Assembly (NCBI GenBank): GCA_004557905.1
Contig: SFFH01000001.1
Coordinates: 83,623-147,622 of the forward strand
DNA length: 64,000 nt
Source of the DNA: Clostridiales bacterium
GTDB taxonomy: Bacteria > Bacillota > Clostridia > Christensenellales > Aristaeellaceae
Direction of reading: 5' to 3'
Part shown: positions 27,039-36,355 of the stretch, piece by piece
Layout: each line of letters opens with the position of its first letter
Numbering within the stretch: the first letter of the stretch is position 1
The notes under the pieces: generated by a model
The model's input: only the letters and a program-made list of their open reading frames with translations
Told to the model about the DNA's origin: nothing
The model's database searches: none
Translations under genes and position numbers: made by a program

Positions 27039-28865
27039 ATGTTTGCCGAGTATCTGAATCAGCACGATCTGACTGAGCTGCTTGTTCCGCGGGAAGGGTA
27101 TCGGCCCTTCCCGCGCAGGCAGGCGCGTGAACAATGGGAATCACTCAGCAAAGAGAGGCGCGAGGCGCTGCTTGCCTGGGGCGAGGAGGCCAAAGCGGGC
27201 TATCCGATGCTGACGGCGACGCAGTTCCTCGCGTTTTCCCGCTGCGGCAGCCGCGCCGCGTATGAGGCGCCGTACTTTGAGCGCAGGCACAAGCTCATCG
27301 GCGCGGCGCTGGCGGAGTGCGTCGCGGACGACGGAACGTACCTGGATGCGGTCATCGACGGCCTCTGGTGCATCTGCGAGGAGACGACGTGGGTGATCTC
27401 CGCACACAACGGCAGCGACCATCCCGGTGCAAAGCCCATGAACAAGCGGCCGCTGCCGGATGTGACCAATCCGTATATCGATCTCTTCGCCGCGCAGACG
27501 GCGGCGGCGCTGGCGGATATCCTTTATCTGCTTGCTGACAAGCTGGACGCCATCAGTCCGCTGATTGTGCGGCGCGTGCGCGGGGAGATTGAGCGGCGGA
27601 TTCTGCATCCGTTTGTCACGCACGACGACTTCTGGTGGATGGGCATGACCCGGCACGACGTGTGCAACTGGACGCCGTGGATTCTCTCCAACGTGATTGA
27701 CACGACGCTGCTGCTGGAGGACGACCGCATCCGGCGCGGGGAGATCGTCGACCGCGCGCTGCGGATGCTGGACCGCTATCTGGCGGTGATGCCGCAGGAC
27801 GGCGGCTGCGACGAGGGCGCTGGATATTTCAACATGGCCGGCGCGTCGCTGCTCGATTGCCTGGAGAGTGTTTATCTGGCGACCTGCGGGAAGGTCAGCT
27901 TCTATCACGAGCCGCATATCCGCGCCATCGGCGCGTTTCCGCTCAAGGCGCATGTGAACGGCGCGTACTTCCTCAACTTCGCGGACTGTGACGTGAAGCC
28001 CATGCTGGATGGCGAGCGCATCCATCGCTTCGGCTTGCGCACGGGCAACGATGCGCTGGCCGCGCTGGGCGCGTGGCTGCACCATCGGGAGATGGCGGTA
28101 AACCCGTCGGCAAGGCCGCTGGACACGCCACAGATGCACCGCACGCTGCACAAGCTCTTCGCCGCAATCCCGGCGGAGGCGGAGGCGCCAAAGCACGAGG
28201 CGTTTGAAGCCCTGCCGGATTTGCAGGTGTTTGCCTGGCGCAGAAACGGCCTGTTTCTGGCTATCAAGGGCGGCCACAACGGGGAAAACCACAATCACAA
28301 CGACGTGGGCAGCTTCGTCGTCTATGCGGACGGTGAGCCGCAGATCGTCGACATGGGCAACCGGACATATACGGCGGTCACCTTCGGTCCGGACCGGTAT
28401 ACGCTTGACAACACGCGCGCAAGGAACCATAATCTTCCGTTGATCGGCGAAACGGAACAGTGCGCCGGCCGCGCCTTCTGCACGCGGAATGTGTGCGCGG
28501 ATGAAAACGGCGCGCGCATGGAGATCGCCGGCGCGTATCCGCCGGAGGCCGGCGTAAGGTCGCTTGTGCGGTCTGCCGCCGTGCCGGAGCAGGGCGTACG
28601 GCTCACGGATGAGGCTGCGCTTGAAACGGCGCAGGAGATGATCTGGGTGTTCATGCTGCGCAGCCGCCCGGACATTGCCGATGGACAGGCGCGATTTGGC
28701 CGCCTGGCGCTTGCGTTCGATCCGGCGCTTGAGGCCAAGGTCGAGGAGATGCCGGTGACGGACGCGCGCATGGCCCGCAATTTCCCGGGGAGCCTTTGGC
28801 GGCTGACGCTGCGCGCGCCTGCAGCCATCACACATAAGCAGACATTTTTGATCACGAGGAGCTGA
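27039..28865 (+). CDS. Heparinase II/III-like protein (polysaccharide-lyase fold), no signal peptide
   Basis: 'GGHNGENHNHNDVGSFVVY' is the characteristic heparinase II/III C-terminal-domain motif. Confidence 0.75.
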   Translation: MFAEYLNQHDLTELLVPREGYRPFPRRQAREQWESLSKERREALLAWGEEAKAGYPMLTATQFLAFSRCGSRAAYEAPYFERRHKLIGAALAECVADDGTYLDAVIDGLWCICEETTWVISAHNGSDHPGAKPMNKRPLPDVTNPYIDLFAAQTAAALADILYLLADKLDAISPLIVRRVRGEIERRILHPFVTHDDFWWMGMTRHDVCNWTPWILSNVIDTTLLLEDDRIRRGEIVDRALRMLDRYLAVMPQDGGCDEGAGYFNMAGASLLDCLESVYLATCGKVSFYHEPHIRAIGAFPLKAHVNGAYFLNFADCDVKPMLDGERIHRFGLRTGNDALAALGAWLHHREMAVNPSARPLDTPQMHRTLHKLFAAIPAEAEAPKHEAFEALPDLQVFAWRRNGLFLAIKGGHNGENHNHNDVGSFVVYADGEPQIVDMGNRTYTAVTFGPDRYTLDNTRARNHNLPLIGETEQCAGRAFCTRNVCADENGARMEIAGAYPPEAGVRSLVRSAAVPEQGVRLTDEAALETAQEMIWVFMLRSRPDIADGQARFGRLALAFDPALEAKVEEMPVTDARMARNFPGSLWRLTLRAPAAITHKQTFLITRS

Positions 28866-28869
28866 TATC

Positions 28870-30642
28870 ATGGGCAACTGTGTGAAGAACAATCCCTTGC
28901 GCACGCGCGCGGATGTGGAGCGCGCGGCGATCCAGCTGATTGAGCCGCTCATCCCGCTGCTGAGCGAGGGCAAGGCGCGGCTGAACCTGGGCGACACCGG
29001 CGCGGTCTATCCGCCGGACATCGCGGAGATGGAGGCGTTTGCCCGCCCACTGTGGGCGATTGTGCCGATGCTCGCGGGAAACTGCGAGGGCGTGGAGCCG
29101 ATCTGGGCGGTCTGGAAGCAGGGCATCATCAACGGCGTCGATCCGAAGCATCCCGAGTACTGGGGCGAGGTGGAGGACTATGACCAGCGGCTGGTGGAGA
29201 TGGCGGTCTTCGGCATGGGCATGGCCCTGGCGCCGGAGAAGTTCTTCTTCTCGCTGCCGGAGGAGGCGCAGAGGAACCTGCACGCCTGGCTTGACCAGAT
29301 CAACCGTCACGACATACCCAAGAACAACTGGACATTCTTCCGCGTGCTGGTGAACATGGGCTTCATGGTCTGCGGCCTGCCGTATGACAAGGCGCGCATG
29401 GACAAGGACTTCGCCATGATCGAGGAGCATTACGAGGGCGACGGCTGGTACTTTGACTACTTCAACCAGCGCGAGTATTACACCCTGTGGGCGTTCCACT
29501 ACTACGGCCTGGTGTACGCGAAGGTCATGGGTGCGCGCGATCCGGAGCGCAGCGCGGAGTATGTGAAGCGCGGCAAGCTCATCGCGCCGGACTTCGCCTG
29601 CTGGTTCGATTCCTCCTGCGAGGCGCTGCCGTACGGCCGCAGCCTCACCTACCGCTTCGCGCAGGGCGCGTTCTACGCGGCACAGGCGCTGGCGGAGGCG
29701 GAGTGCGAGAGCATGCCCTACGGCGTGATGAAGCACCTGCTGCTGGGCAACATGCGCCAGTGGTTCAGCAAGCCCATCTTCACGCGCGACGGCGTGCTGA
29801 CCATCGGCTATCACTATCCGAACCTGCTCATGGCCGAGGGCTACAACGCGCCCGGTTCGCCGTACTGGGCGATGAAGGCGTTCGCCGTGCTGGCGCTGCC
29901 TGATGATCACCCGTTCTGGCAGGCGGAGGAGACGCCGCACAGAACGCCGGAGCTCAGCTGCCAGAAGCACATGCGCATGCTGGTCGCGCGCAGCGCGGAC
30001 GGCAGCCACGTCATGGCCTATCCGGCGGGCAACCGCGCGCACGAGCACAGCCACGACGAGGCGAAATACGAAAAGCTGGTCTATTCCACGCGGTTCGGCT
30101 TCTCCGTCTGCAAGGCGCAGAAGCTGCTCAAGGACGGCGCGTATGACAACATGCTCGCGCTCTCCGAGGACGGCGACACCTATCATCCGCGCTATGGCTG
30201 TGAGGAATACGAAATCACGGAAAGCAGCGTCATTTCGGTCTGGAAGCCGTTTGCCGGCGTGACGGTGAAGACCACGGTCACGCCCATGGGCGAGTGGCAC
30301 ATCCGCGAGCACGAGATCGTCACCGACCGCACGCTCTATGCGGCGGAGGGCGGCTTTGCCATCGCGCGCGGCAGAAACGGCGAGGTGGAGACGATGGAAG
30401 CGGCGGACTGCACCGCCGTCGTCGCGCCGTGGGGCGTGAGCGGCGTGAGGAACCTCTCCGGCTACACCGGCGGTACAGTCGTCATGCCGGAGCCGAACAC
30501 CAACCTGATGGAGCCGCGCACGCTGATTCCGACGCTGACGGCAAAGCTTGAGCCGGGCAGGCATGTGCTCAGGAGCGCCGTGCTGGGCACGGTGACCGGC
30601 GGGCGCGGGCTGCTTGAACATCCCCCGACGGAGGTGAAGTAA
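28870..30642 (+). CDS. DUF2264-like protein, no signal peptide
   Basis: Size, N-terminal region and the typical neighbourhood (GH88 plus heparinase-like). Recognised from memory only. Confidence 0.6.
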   Translation: MGNCVKNNPLRTRADVERAAIQLIEPLIPLLSEGKARLNLGDTGAVYPPDIAEMEAFARPLWAIVPMLAGNCEGVEPIWAVWKQGIINGVDPKHPEYWGEVEDYDQRLVEMAVFGMGMALAPEKFFFSLPEEAQRNLHAWLDQINRHDIPKNNWTFFRVLVNMGFMVCGLPYDKARMDKDFAMIEEHYEGDGWYFDYFNQREYYTLWAFHYYGLVYAKVMGARDPERSAEYVKRGKLIAPDFACWFDSSCEALPYGRSLTYRFAQGAFYAAQALAEAECESMPYGVMKHLLLGNMRQWFSKPIFTRDGVLTIGYHYPNLLMAEGYNAPGSPYWAMKAFAVLALPDDHPFWQAEETPHRTPELSCQKHMRMLVARSADGSHVMAYPAGNRAHEHSHDEAKYEKLVYSTRFGFSVCKAQKLLKDGAYDNMLALSEDGDTYHPRYGCEEYEITESSVISVWKPFAGVTVKTTVTPMGEWHIREHEIVTDRTLYAAEGGFAIARGRNGEVETMEAADCTAVVAPWGVSGVRNLSGYTGGTVVMPEPNTNLMEPRTLIPTLTAKLEPGRHVLRSAVLGTVTGGRGLLEHPPTEVK

Positions 30643-30644
30643 TC

Positions 30645-31772
30645 ATGGAAGCATGGGTTGAATCCGCGTTTGAACGGGCGCGTGCAAAGTTTGCCCGCGG
30701 TGCGAAGCTGGCGGCGAGCCAGGGGATCATTCCCTACAAGAGCGAGGGCGGCAAATACGTCGCTTCCCCGTTTGACGGCAACAGCTGGTGGACCGGCGGC
30801 TTCTGGCCGGCTATCATGTGGCAGCTGTACAAGGCGACGGGCGAGGCGGTCTACATGACCGAGGCGCTGCGCGTGGAGAAGCTGCTGACGGACGAGTTCC
30901 GGCGCTTCGATCTGCTCAATCACGACGTGGGCTTCATGTATCTGCTCTCCTGCGGCGCGCACCACCGGCTGACGGGTGATGCGCAGGCGCTGACGGACAC
31001 GCTGCATGCGGCGACGATTCTTGCCGGACGCTTCAATCCGGAGGGCTTCATCCGCGCGTGGCCGAATCCGGACCGTGCGGGCTACGCGATCATCGACTGC
31101 ATGATGAATCTGTCGCTGCTGTACTGGGCGACGGAGCAGACCGGCGATCCGCGCTTTGCCAAAATCGCGCGCATCCACGCCGATACGACCATCCGCGAGT
31201 TCCTGCGCGAGGACGGCAGCAGCTGCCATATCTGCATCTTCGATCCGGAGAATGGCAAGGTGCTCAGCCGCCCGGCGGGCCAGGGTTACTGCGAGGGCTC
31301 CAGCTGGAGCCGCGGCCAGGCCTGGGCGCTGTACGGCTTCACGCTCAGCGCGATCAACACGGGCGAGGAGAGGTACCTGAACGTGGCGCGCAAATGCGCG
31401 AAGTACTTCATCAGCCACATCCGCGAGGACGGCCTGACGGACAGCGATTTCTGCCAGCCCGCAGGCGAGGAGCGCATCGACAACATCGCGGGCGCTTGCG
31501 CGGCTTGCGGCCTGCTGGAGCTGGCCGGCCTCACCGGGGGCGAGGAGGGCGACACCTACCGCGCCGCGGCGATGAAACTCCTGCGTGCGCTGAACGACCT
31601 GTGCGCGGACTGGAGCGAGGACGCGCCGGGCATCCTGCAAAAGTGCACGGCGTCCTATCATGACGACGGCGCGGGCCGGCATGTGAACATCCTCTACGGC
31701 GATTACTTCTTTGTGGAAGCGCTGTGCAAGCTGCGCGGCACGGATGCAAAGCTCTGGTGGGCGAAGGAGTGA
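30645..31772 (+). CDS. Glycoside hydrolase family 88 (unsaturated glucuronyl hydrolase-like)
   Basis: 'WWTGGFWPAIMWQLY', 'NHDVGFMY', 'SWSRGQAWALYG'. Confidence 0.8.
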   Translation: MEAWVESAFERARAKFARGAKLAASQGIIPYKSEGGKYVASPFDGNSWWTGGFWPAIMWQLYKATGEAVYMTEALRVEKLLTDEFRRFDLLNHDVGFMYLLSCGAHHRLTGDAQALTDTLHAATILAGRFNPEGFIRAWPNPDRAGYAIIDCMMNLSLLYWATEQTGDPRFAKIARIHADTTIREFLREDGSSCHICIFDPENGKVLSRPAGQGYCEGSSWSRGQAWALYGFTLSAINTGEERYLNVARKCAKYFISHIREDGLTDSDFCQPAGEERIDNIAGACAACGLLELAGLTGGEEGDTYRAAAMKLLRALNDLCADWSEDAPGILQKCTASYHDDGAGRHVNILYGDYFFVEALCKLRGTDAKLWWAKE

Positions 31773-31779
31773 GACAGCG

Positions 31780-32568
31780 ATGTACAGCATCAGCATCATG
31801 AGAGATGGTCAGGTCCTGGCCAGCGCCCGGGGCGAGCGCGAGGCGTCCCTGCTCTACCGCGGAGAATACCTGGAGGGCGACAGCATCGCGTTTGCTGCGG
31901 ACGATTGCCGCACAATCGTGCAGGTGGACCAGCAGGTCGCCCCGGCGCGGGTGTATCTGCCCTCCGGCGCGTTTTGCTACCGCCTGCCGCTTTCGGGCGA
32001 CAATCTGGCGGTCTATCCGCCCAGGGCGTTTTCGGGCGAGCTGCACCTGATTTCCATCCGCCCGGACGTGAGCAACGAGTACCGAAACCTGGCGCGAAAT
32101 CCCGCCGACCAGCGCGGCGACGTCACGGCGTATCCGCATGCCACGGCCAACGTGGAGACGCGCAATGAGAGCGTCTTCGCGGCGCGCAACACGATCGACG
32201 GCGTGCACATCGCGGCCGGCCACGGTGAATGGCCGTATGGCAGCTGGGGCATCGGCGCGCGCACGGATGCAGAGCTGACGCTGGACTTTGGCCGCACGGT
32301 GGAGATCGACCGGCTCGTGCTCTATCTGCGCGCGGATTTCCCGCACGACGCCTGGTGGATTTCCGCGTCGGCAGCGCTTGACGACGGCTTTGGCATCACC
32401 TTCCCGCTGGAGGGGAAGGACGGCCCGCAGGTCATTGACCTGGGCGGCACGCACCGCGTGAAAACCCTGAAGCTGCACCATCTGGTCAAGTGCGACATGC
32501 CCTCCGCGTTCCCCGCGCTTCGCCAGATCGAGGTGTACGGCCGGGACTGTGAAATGGAAAATGAATGA
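31780..32568 (+). CDS. Hypothetical protein with a C-terminal discoidin/F5-8-type-C-like carbohydrate-binding region
   Basis: ATG follows AAGGAG. The C-terminus 'VKTLKLHHLV...ALRQIEVYG' resembles discoidin domain ends. Confidence 0.55.
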   Translation: MYSISIMRDGQVLASARGEREASLLYRGEYLEGDSIAFAADDCRTIVQVDQQVAPARVYLPSGAFCYRLPLSGDNLAVYPPRAFSGELHLISIRPDVSNEYRNLARNPADQRGDVTAYPHATANVETRNESVFAARNTIDGVHIAAGHGEWPYGSWGIGARTDAELTLDFGRTVEIDRLVLYLRADFPHDAWWISASAALDDGFGITFPLEGKDGPQVIDLGGTHRVKTLKLHHLVKCDMPSAFPALRQIEVYGRDCEMENE

Positions 32569-32592
32569 AAACTTCATAAAAAGCCAGCATGC

Positions 32593-32621
32593 TTGACATA
32601 ATGGGCAAAATCTGTTAAGAT
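32593..32621 (+). promoter_or_regulatory. Sigma-A promoter of glmS
   Basis: TTGACA, 17 nt, TAAGAT. Confidence 0.6.
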
Positions 32622-32627
32622 GTGCAG

Positions 32628-32751
32628 GTTGATAGCGATGGAGCTGCGAATTTATCGCTTCATCGCTTTTTGCATGTCCGCGTATCCATCCGGCGCGCGG
32701 CGCGTATACTGGATACACATCGATTGGATGAATCGGAACGGAGGATGCATT
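32628..32751 (+). promoter_or_regulatory. Structured glmS 5' leader (not a recognisable glmS ribozyme)
   Basis: A terminator-like hairpin agcgatg..catcgct plus tttt (32634-32672), then a second hairpin gtatcca..tggatac. Confidence 0.4.
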
Positions 32752-34635
32752 TTGTGTGGAATTGTCGGGTATACCGGCTGCTGTCAGGCCGCACCCATCT
32801 TGCTTGAGGGACTTACTCGTCTGGAATACCGCGGCTACGACAGCGCGGGTATTGCGGTGCGCGATGAGGGCGCGCCGCGCATTGAGGTGGTCAAGGCCAA
32901 GGGAAGACTCAAAAATCTGATGGAGATGACGGATTCCGGCCGCGCGGTGCGGGGCTGCTGCGGCGTGGGCCATACGCGCTGGGCGACGCACGGCGAGCCG
33001 AGCACGGTCAACGCGCATCCGCACGATTCCAAGGACAAGCGTGTCGTGCTGGTGCACAACGGCATCATCGAAAACCATCAGGAGATTCGTGAGGCGCTGC
33101 AGCGCAAGGGCTACGTCTTCAAGTCGCAGACCGACACGGAGGCCGCCTGCCTGCTGCTGGACAGCTATTATGCGGAGAGCATGGGCGGCGACCTGTCGCC
33201 GCGGGAGCGCGCGCTGGACGCGATCCATCGCCTGATGATCCGCGTGCGCGGCAGTTATGCGCTGGGCATTCTCTTCGGCGATCAGCCGGGCGTGCTGTAT
33301 GCCGCCCGCAAGGACAGCCCGCTGATCGTGGGCTGCTGCTCGGAGGAGATGCACGGCCACATGATCGCCTCCGACGTACCCGCAGTGCTGGGCTTCACGC
33401 GCAATGTGGTCTACATCGGAAACGATGAAATCGCCTGCCTCACCCGGGACGAGCGCCATATCTACAACATCGACTGCGAGGAGATCGAAAAGCCGGTCAC
33501 GGAGATCCAGTGGGACGCCGCTGCCGCCGAAAAGGACGGCTATGAGCACTTCATGATGAAGGAGATTCACGAGCAGCCGCGCGCCGTCCGCGACACGCTC
33601 TCCCCGCGCATCAAAGAAGAGGAGGAGAAGCGCTTCATCGACCTGAGCGAAACCGGGCTGACCGACGAGGACCTGGCCGGCATTTCACGCGTCTACATGG
33701 TCGGCTGCGGCTCGGCGTATCACGCGGCCTGCGTGGGCCGGGTCGTCCTGGAGCAGCTGGCGCATGTGCCCTGTGAGGTCGATCTGGCGAGCGAGTTCCG
33801 CTACCGCGATCCGATTCTGGAGGAGCGCGGCCTGGTCATCTTCATCAGCCAGAGCGGCGAGACGGCGGACACCCTGGCGGCGCTGCGCCTGTGCAGGGAG
33901 TGCGGCGTGCGCACGCTGGCGGTGGTGAACGTCGTGGGCTCCTCGATTGCACGCGAGGCCGATGCGGTCATGTACACCTGGGCCGGGCCGGAGATTTCCG
34001 TGGCGACGACCAAGGCCTATTCCACGCAGCTGTGCGCGCTGTATCTCATCGCGGTCAAGCTCGCCTCTGCGCGCGGGCAGATCGACGAGGCGCGTCAGGC
34101 GCAGCTCATCGAGGACATGCTGGCCCTGCCGGACAAGATCGAGCGCGTGCTCTCCGACAAGGAGCGCGTGCAGTGGTTTGCCAACAAGATGGCGGCCTGC
34201 AAGGACGTGTTCTTCATCGGCAGAGGGCTGGACTACGCCATCAGCCTGGAGGGAAGCCTCAAGCTCAAGGAGATCAGCTACATCCATTCGGAGGCGTATG
34301 CGGCGGGCGAGCTCAAGCACGGCACCATCAGCCTGATCGAGGACGGCGTGCTGGTCGTCGGTGTGGCAACCCAGCCGGCGCTCTTTGAAAAGGTGGTTTC
34401 CAACATGACCGAGGCGCGCAGCCGCGGCGCGTATCTCTTCGGCCTGACGACCTACGGGCAGTACGCCATCGAGGACACGGTCAATTTCACCGTCTATGTG
34501 CCCAGGACGGACCCGCTCTTTGCCACGTCTCTGGCCGTCGTACCGCTGCAGCTGCTGGCGTATTACATCAGCTGCGCCAAGGGCCTGGACGTGGATAAGC
34601 CGCGCAATCTGGCCAAGAGCGTCACGGTGGAGTAA
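32752..34635 (+). CDS. glmS: Glutamine--fructose-6-phosphate aminotransferase
   Basis: The N-terminus reads (M)CGIVGY after a TTG start at 32752, preceded by GGAACGGAGGA. SIS domains are present and the protein ends '..KSVTVE'. Confidence 0.95.
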   Translation: MCGIVGYTGCCQAAPILLEGLTRLEYRGYDSAGIAVRDEGAPRIEVVKAKGRLKNLMEMTDSGRAVRGCCGVGHTRWATHGEPSTVNAHPHDSKDKRVVLVHNGIIENHQEIREALQRKGYVFKSQTDTEAACLLLDSYYAESMGGDLSPRERALDAIHRLMIRVRGSYALGILFGDQPGVLYAARKDSPLIVGCCSEEMHGHMIASDVPAVLGFTRNVVYIGNDEIACLTRDERHIYNIDCEEIEKPVTEIQWDAAAAEKDGYEHFMMKEIHEQPRAVRDTLSPRIKEEEEKRFIDLSETGLTDEDLAGISRVYMVGCGSAYHAACVGRVVLEQLAHVPCEVDLASEFRYRDPILEERGLVIFISQSGETADTLAALRLCRECGVRTLAVVNVVGSSIAREADAVMYTWAGPEISVATTKAYSTQLCALYLIAVKLASARGQIDEARQAQLIEDMLALPDKIERVLSDKERVQWFANKMAACKDVFFIGRGLDYAISLEGSLKLKEISYIHSEAYAAGELKHGTISLIEDGVLVVGVATQPALFEKVVSNMTEARSRGAYLFGLTTYGQYAIEDTVNFTVYVPRTDPLFATSLAVVPLQLLAYYISCAKGLDVDKPRNLAKSVTVE

Positions 34636-34653
34636 GCGCGAAGTGAAAAAGAG

Positions 34654-34687
34654 CAGGCAGCCGGAGAATTCCACCGGCTGCCTGTTT
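34654..34687 (+). terminator. glmS terminator
   Basis: 11-bp stem caggcagccgg/ccggctgcctg followed by ttt. Confidence 0.7.
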
Positions 34688-34696
34688 GCGCGCGGC

Positions 34697-34725
34697 GCAT
34701 AGTTTCCGCGAAATCCGCCATCCTA
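34697..34725 (+). promoter_or_regulatory. Forespore sigma-G (or sigma-F) type promoter of spoVAD
   Basis: GCATA, 17 nt, CATCCTA, which fits the remembered GHATR-N17/18-CATnnTA consensus. Confidence 0.55.
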
Positions 34726-34754
34726 CGATCAAAACGCGGATGGGTGGGAGGACT

Positions 34755-35783
34755 GTGAGCAAGCGAATGGGCACGCGCACCGTGTGCCTGACCAACAGAC
34801 CCGGCGTGATTGCCTGGGCAAGCGTCGTCGGACAGAAGGAGAAGGACGGCCCGTATGGCGGGCAGTTCGACGTGGTGATTCCCAATGAGCTCAATGGCAA
34901 GCAGTCGTTTGAGGCGGCGGAACGGAGCATCCTGGAGACGGCGGTGAAGCTTTGCGCGCAGCATGCGGGCTGCACGCTCGGCGACGTCCAGATGCTTCTG
35001 GCGGGCGACCTGCTCAACCAGATTATCTCGGCGGGCTTTGCCGCGAGAAATCTCGAAATCCCGTTCTACGGGCTCTACGGCGCATGCTCGACGATGTCCG
35101 AGTCGCTCTCCATCGGCAGCATGATCGCGGACGGCGGCTTTGCAGACCGGCTCATCTGCTCGACGTGCAGCCACTTCTGCACGGCGGAGCGCCAGTACCG
35201 CGCGCCGCTGGAGCTGGGCAATCAGCGCACGCCGACGGCGCAGTGGACGGTGACCGGTTCTGGCGCGGTGATGCTCTCCGGCGGGCCTGCGGCGCAGCAG
35301 GCGAAGATTGTGGCGACGCACGCGACCTGCGGCAAGGTGCTCGATCTGGGCATTGCCGACCAGAACAACATGGGCGCGGCGATGGCGCCGGCGGCAGCGG
35401 ATACGATTGAAGCGCACTTCAGGGACACGCAGCGCGGTTTTGACGACTTTGATCTGGTCGTCACGGGCGATCTTGGGCATCTGGGCCGCGATCTGCTCAT
35501 CGAGCTGCTGGAGCAGAAGGGCATCGCCGTGCAGGAAGACAAGCTCTTTGACTGCGGCTGCCAGATCTTTTCGCCGTCGCAGGACACGCACTGCGGCGGA
35601 AGCGGCTGCGGCTGCGCGGCCAGCATGCTCTGCGCGCACATCCTGCCGCGGCTGGCCAGCGGGGAGCTGCGCAGGGTGTACTTCATGGCGACGGGCGCGC
35701 TGCTCAGCCCGACCTCGACCATGCAGGGAGAGAGTATTCCGGGCGTGGCGCACGCGATTGTGCTGGAACACAGGGAGGCGTGA
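34755..35783 (+). CDS. spoVAD: Stage V sporulation protein AD
   Basis: Thiolase-like 'GLYGACSTMSESL', 'QWTVTGSGAVML'. GTG start after GGGAGGA. Confidence 0.9.
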   Translation: MSKRMGTRTVCLTNRPGVIAWASVVGQKEKDGPYGGQFDVVIPNELNGKQSFEAAERSILETAVKLCAQHAGCTLGDVQMLLAGDLLNQIISAGFAARNLEIPFYGLYGACSTMSESLSIGSMIADGGFADRLICSTCSHFCTAERQYRAPLELGNQRTPTAQWTVTGSGAVMLSGGPAAQQAKIVATHATCGKVLDLGIADQNNMGAAMAPAAADTIEAHFRDTQRGFDDFDLVVTGDLGHLGRDLLIELLEQKGIAVQEDKLFDCGCQIFSPSQDTHCGGSGCGCAASMLCAHILPRLASGELRRVYFMATGALLSPTSTMQGESIPGVAHAIVLEHREA

Positions 35784-35787
35784 CAAC

Positions 35788-36165
35788 GTGGAAATTTCTG
35801 AAATTCTGCTGATGTACGTCAAGGCGTTCTTTGTCGGCGGGCTCATCTGTGCGTTCGGCCAGATTCTGATCATGAAGACGCAGCTGACCAGCGCGCGGAT
35901 TCTCGTGGGCTATGTGACGGCGGGCGTCATTCTGGGCGCGTTGGGGCTGTACAAGCCGGTGATCGACTTCGCCGGGGCCGGAGCCACCGTGCCGCTGACG
36001 GGCTTTGGCTACGTCCTGGCCAACGGCGCGATAGAGGGCGCGAAGAGCAACGGCCTGCTCGGCGCGTTCACCGGCGGCGTGATCGCGGGCGCGGGCGGCA
36101 TCGCTGCGGCGGTGTTCTTCGGCTATTTCGCCGCGCTGATCTTCAAGCCGAAGATGAAGACCTAA
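35788..36165 (+). CDS. spoVAEB: Stage V sporulation protein AEb
   Basis: 'YVKAFFVGGLICAFGQIL..GAGATVPLTGFG' membrane protein of about 125 aa. GTG start 9 nt after AGGGAGG. Confidence 0.85.
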   Translation: MEISEILLMYVKAFFVGGLICAFGQILIMKTQLTSARILVGYVTAGVILGALGLYKPVIDFAGAGATVPLTGFGYVLANGAIEGAKSNGLLGAFTGGVIAGAGGIAAAVFFGYFAALIFKPKMKT

Positions 36166-36330
36166 TACTAATTCTTATTAAAATGGCTTAATCCGCGCAT
36201 CGTCTTTTCCGCCCTGACTTTGCCTCGTTCCGTTCAACGTACCTTAAGTAACGCCTCACTTCACTCGGCTTCATCAGAGCGAAAAATCTGATGCGCTCTG
36301 TTAAGCATTTTAATTGCGAATTAGTATAAG
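36162..36330. mobile_element. MITE-like / REP-like element with about 30-bp imperfect terminal inverted repeats
   Basis: Left arm ctaatactaattcttattaaaatggcttaa versus the reverse complement of the right arm cttatactaattcgcaattaaaatgcttaa (about 25/30 identical). The arms are AT-rich in a GC-rich genome. There is no ORF inside. Confidence 0.5.
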
Positions 36331-36355
36331 CGCCTGGAAACGCGACTGCACAGGC

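Noticed and set aside
27141-30621. 618-aa and 589-aa minus-strand ORFs (27141-28997 and 28852-30621)
   Set aside because: They are shadow ORFs opposite the heparinase-like and DUF2264-like genes. They are Arg-rich, have no RBS, and are inconsistent with the operon direction.
32620-32751. N-terminal 44-codon extension of glmS in the track ORF
   Set aside because: GlmS must begin Met-Cys-Gly-Ile-Val, because the Cys is the catalytic N-terminal nucleophile. A TTG at 32752 with a good RBS gives exactly that.
32593-32751. glmS ribozyme
   Set aside because: I expected one here, but the leader is too short and the conserved core sequences were not found by eye. It is reported instead as an unassigned structured leader.
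31531-33570. 679-aa minus-strand ORF
   Set aside because: It is antisense to the discoidin-like gene and to glmS, whose identity is unambiguous.
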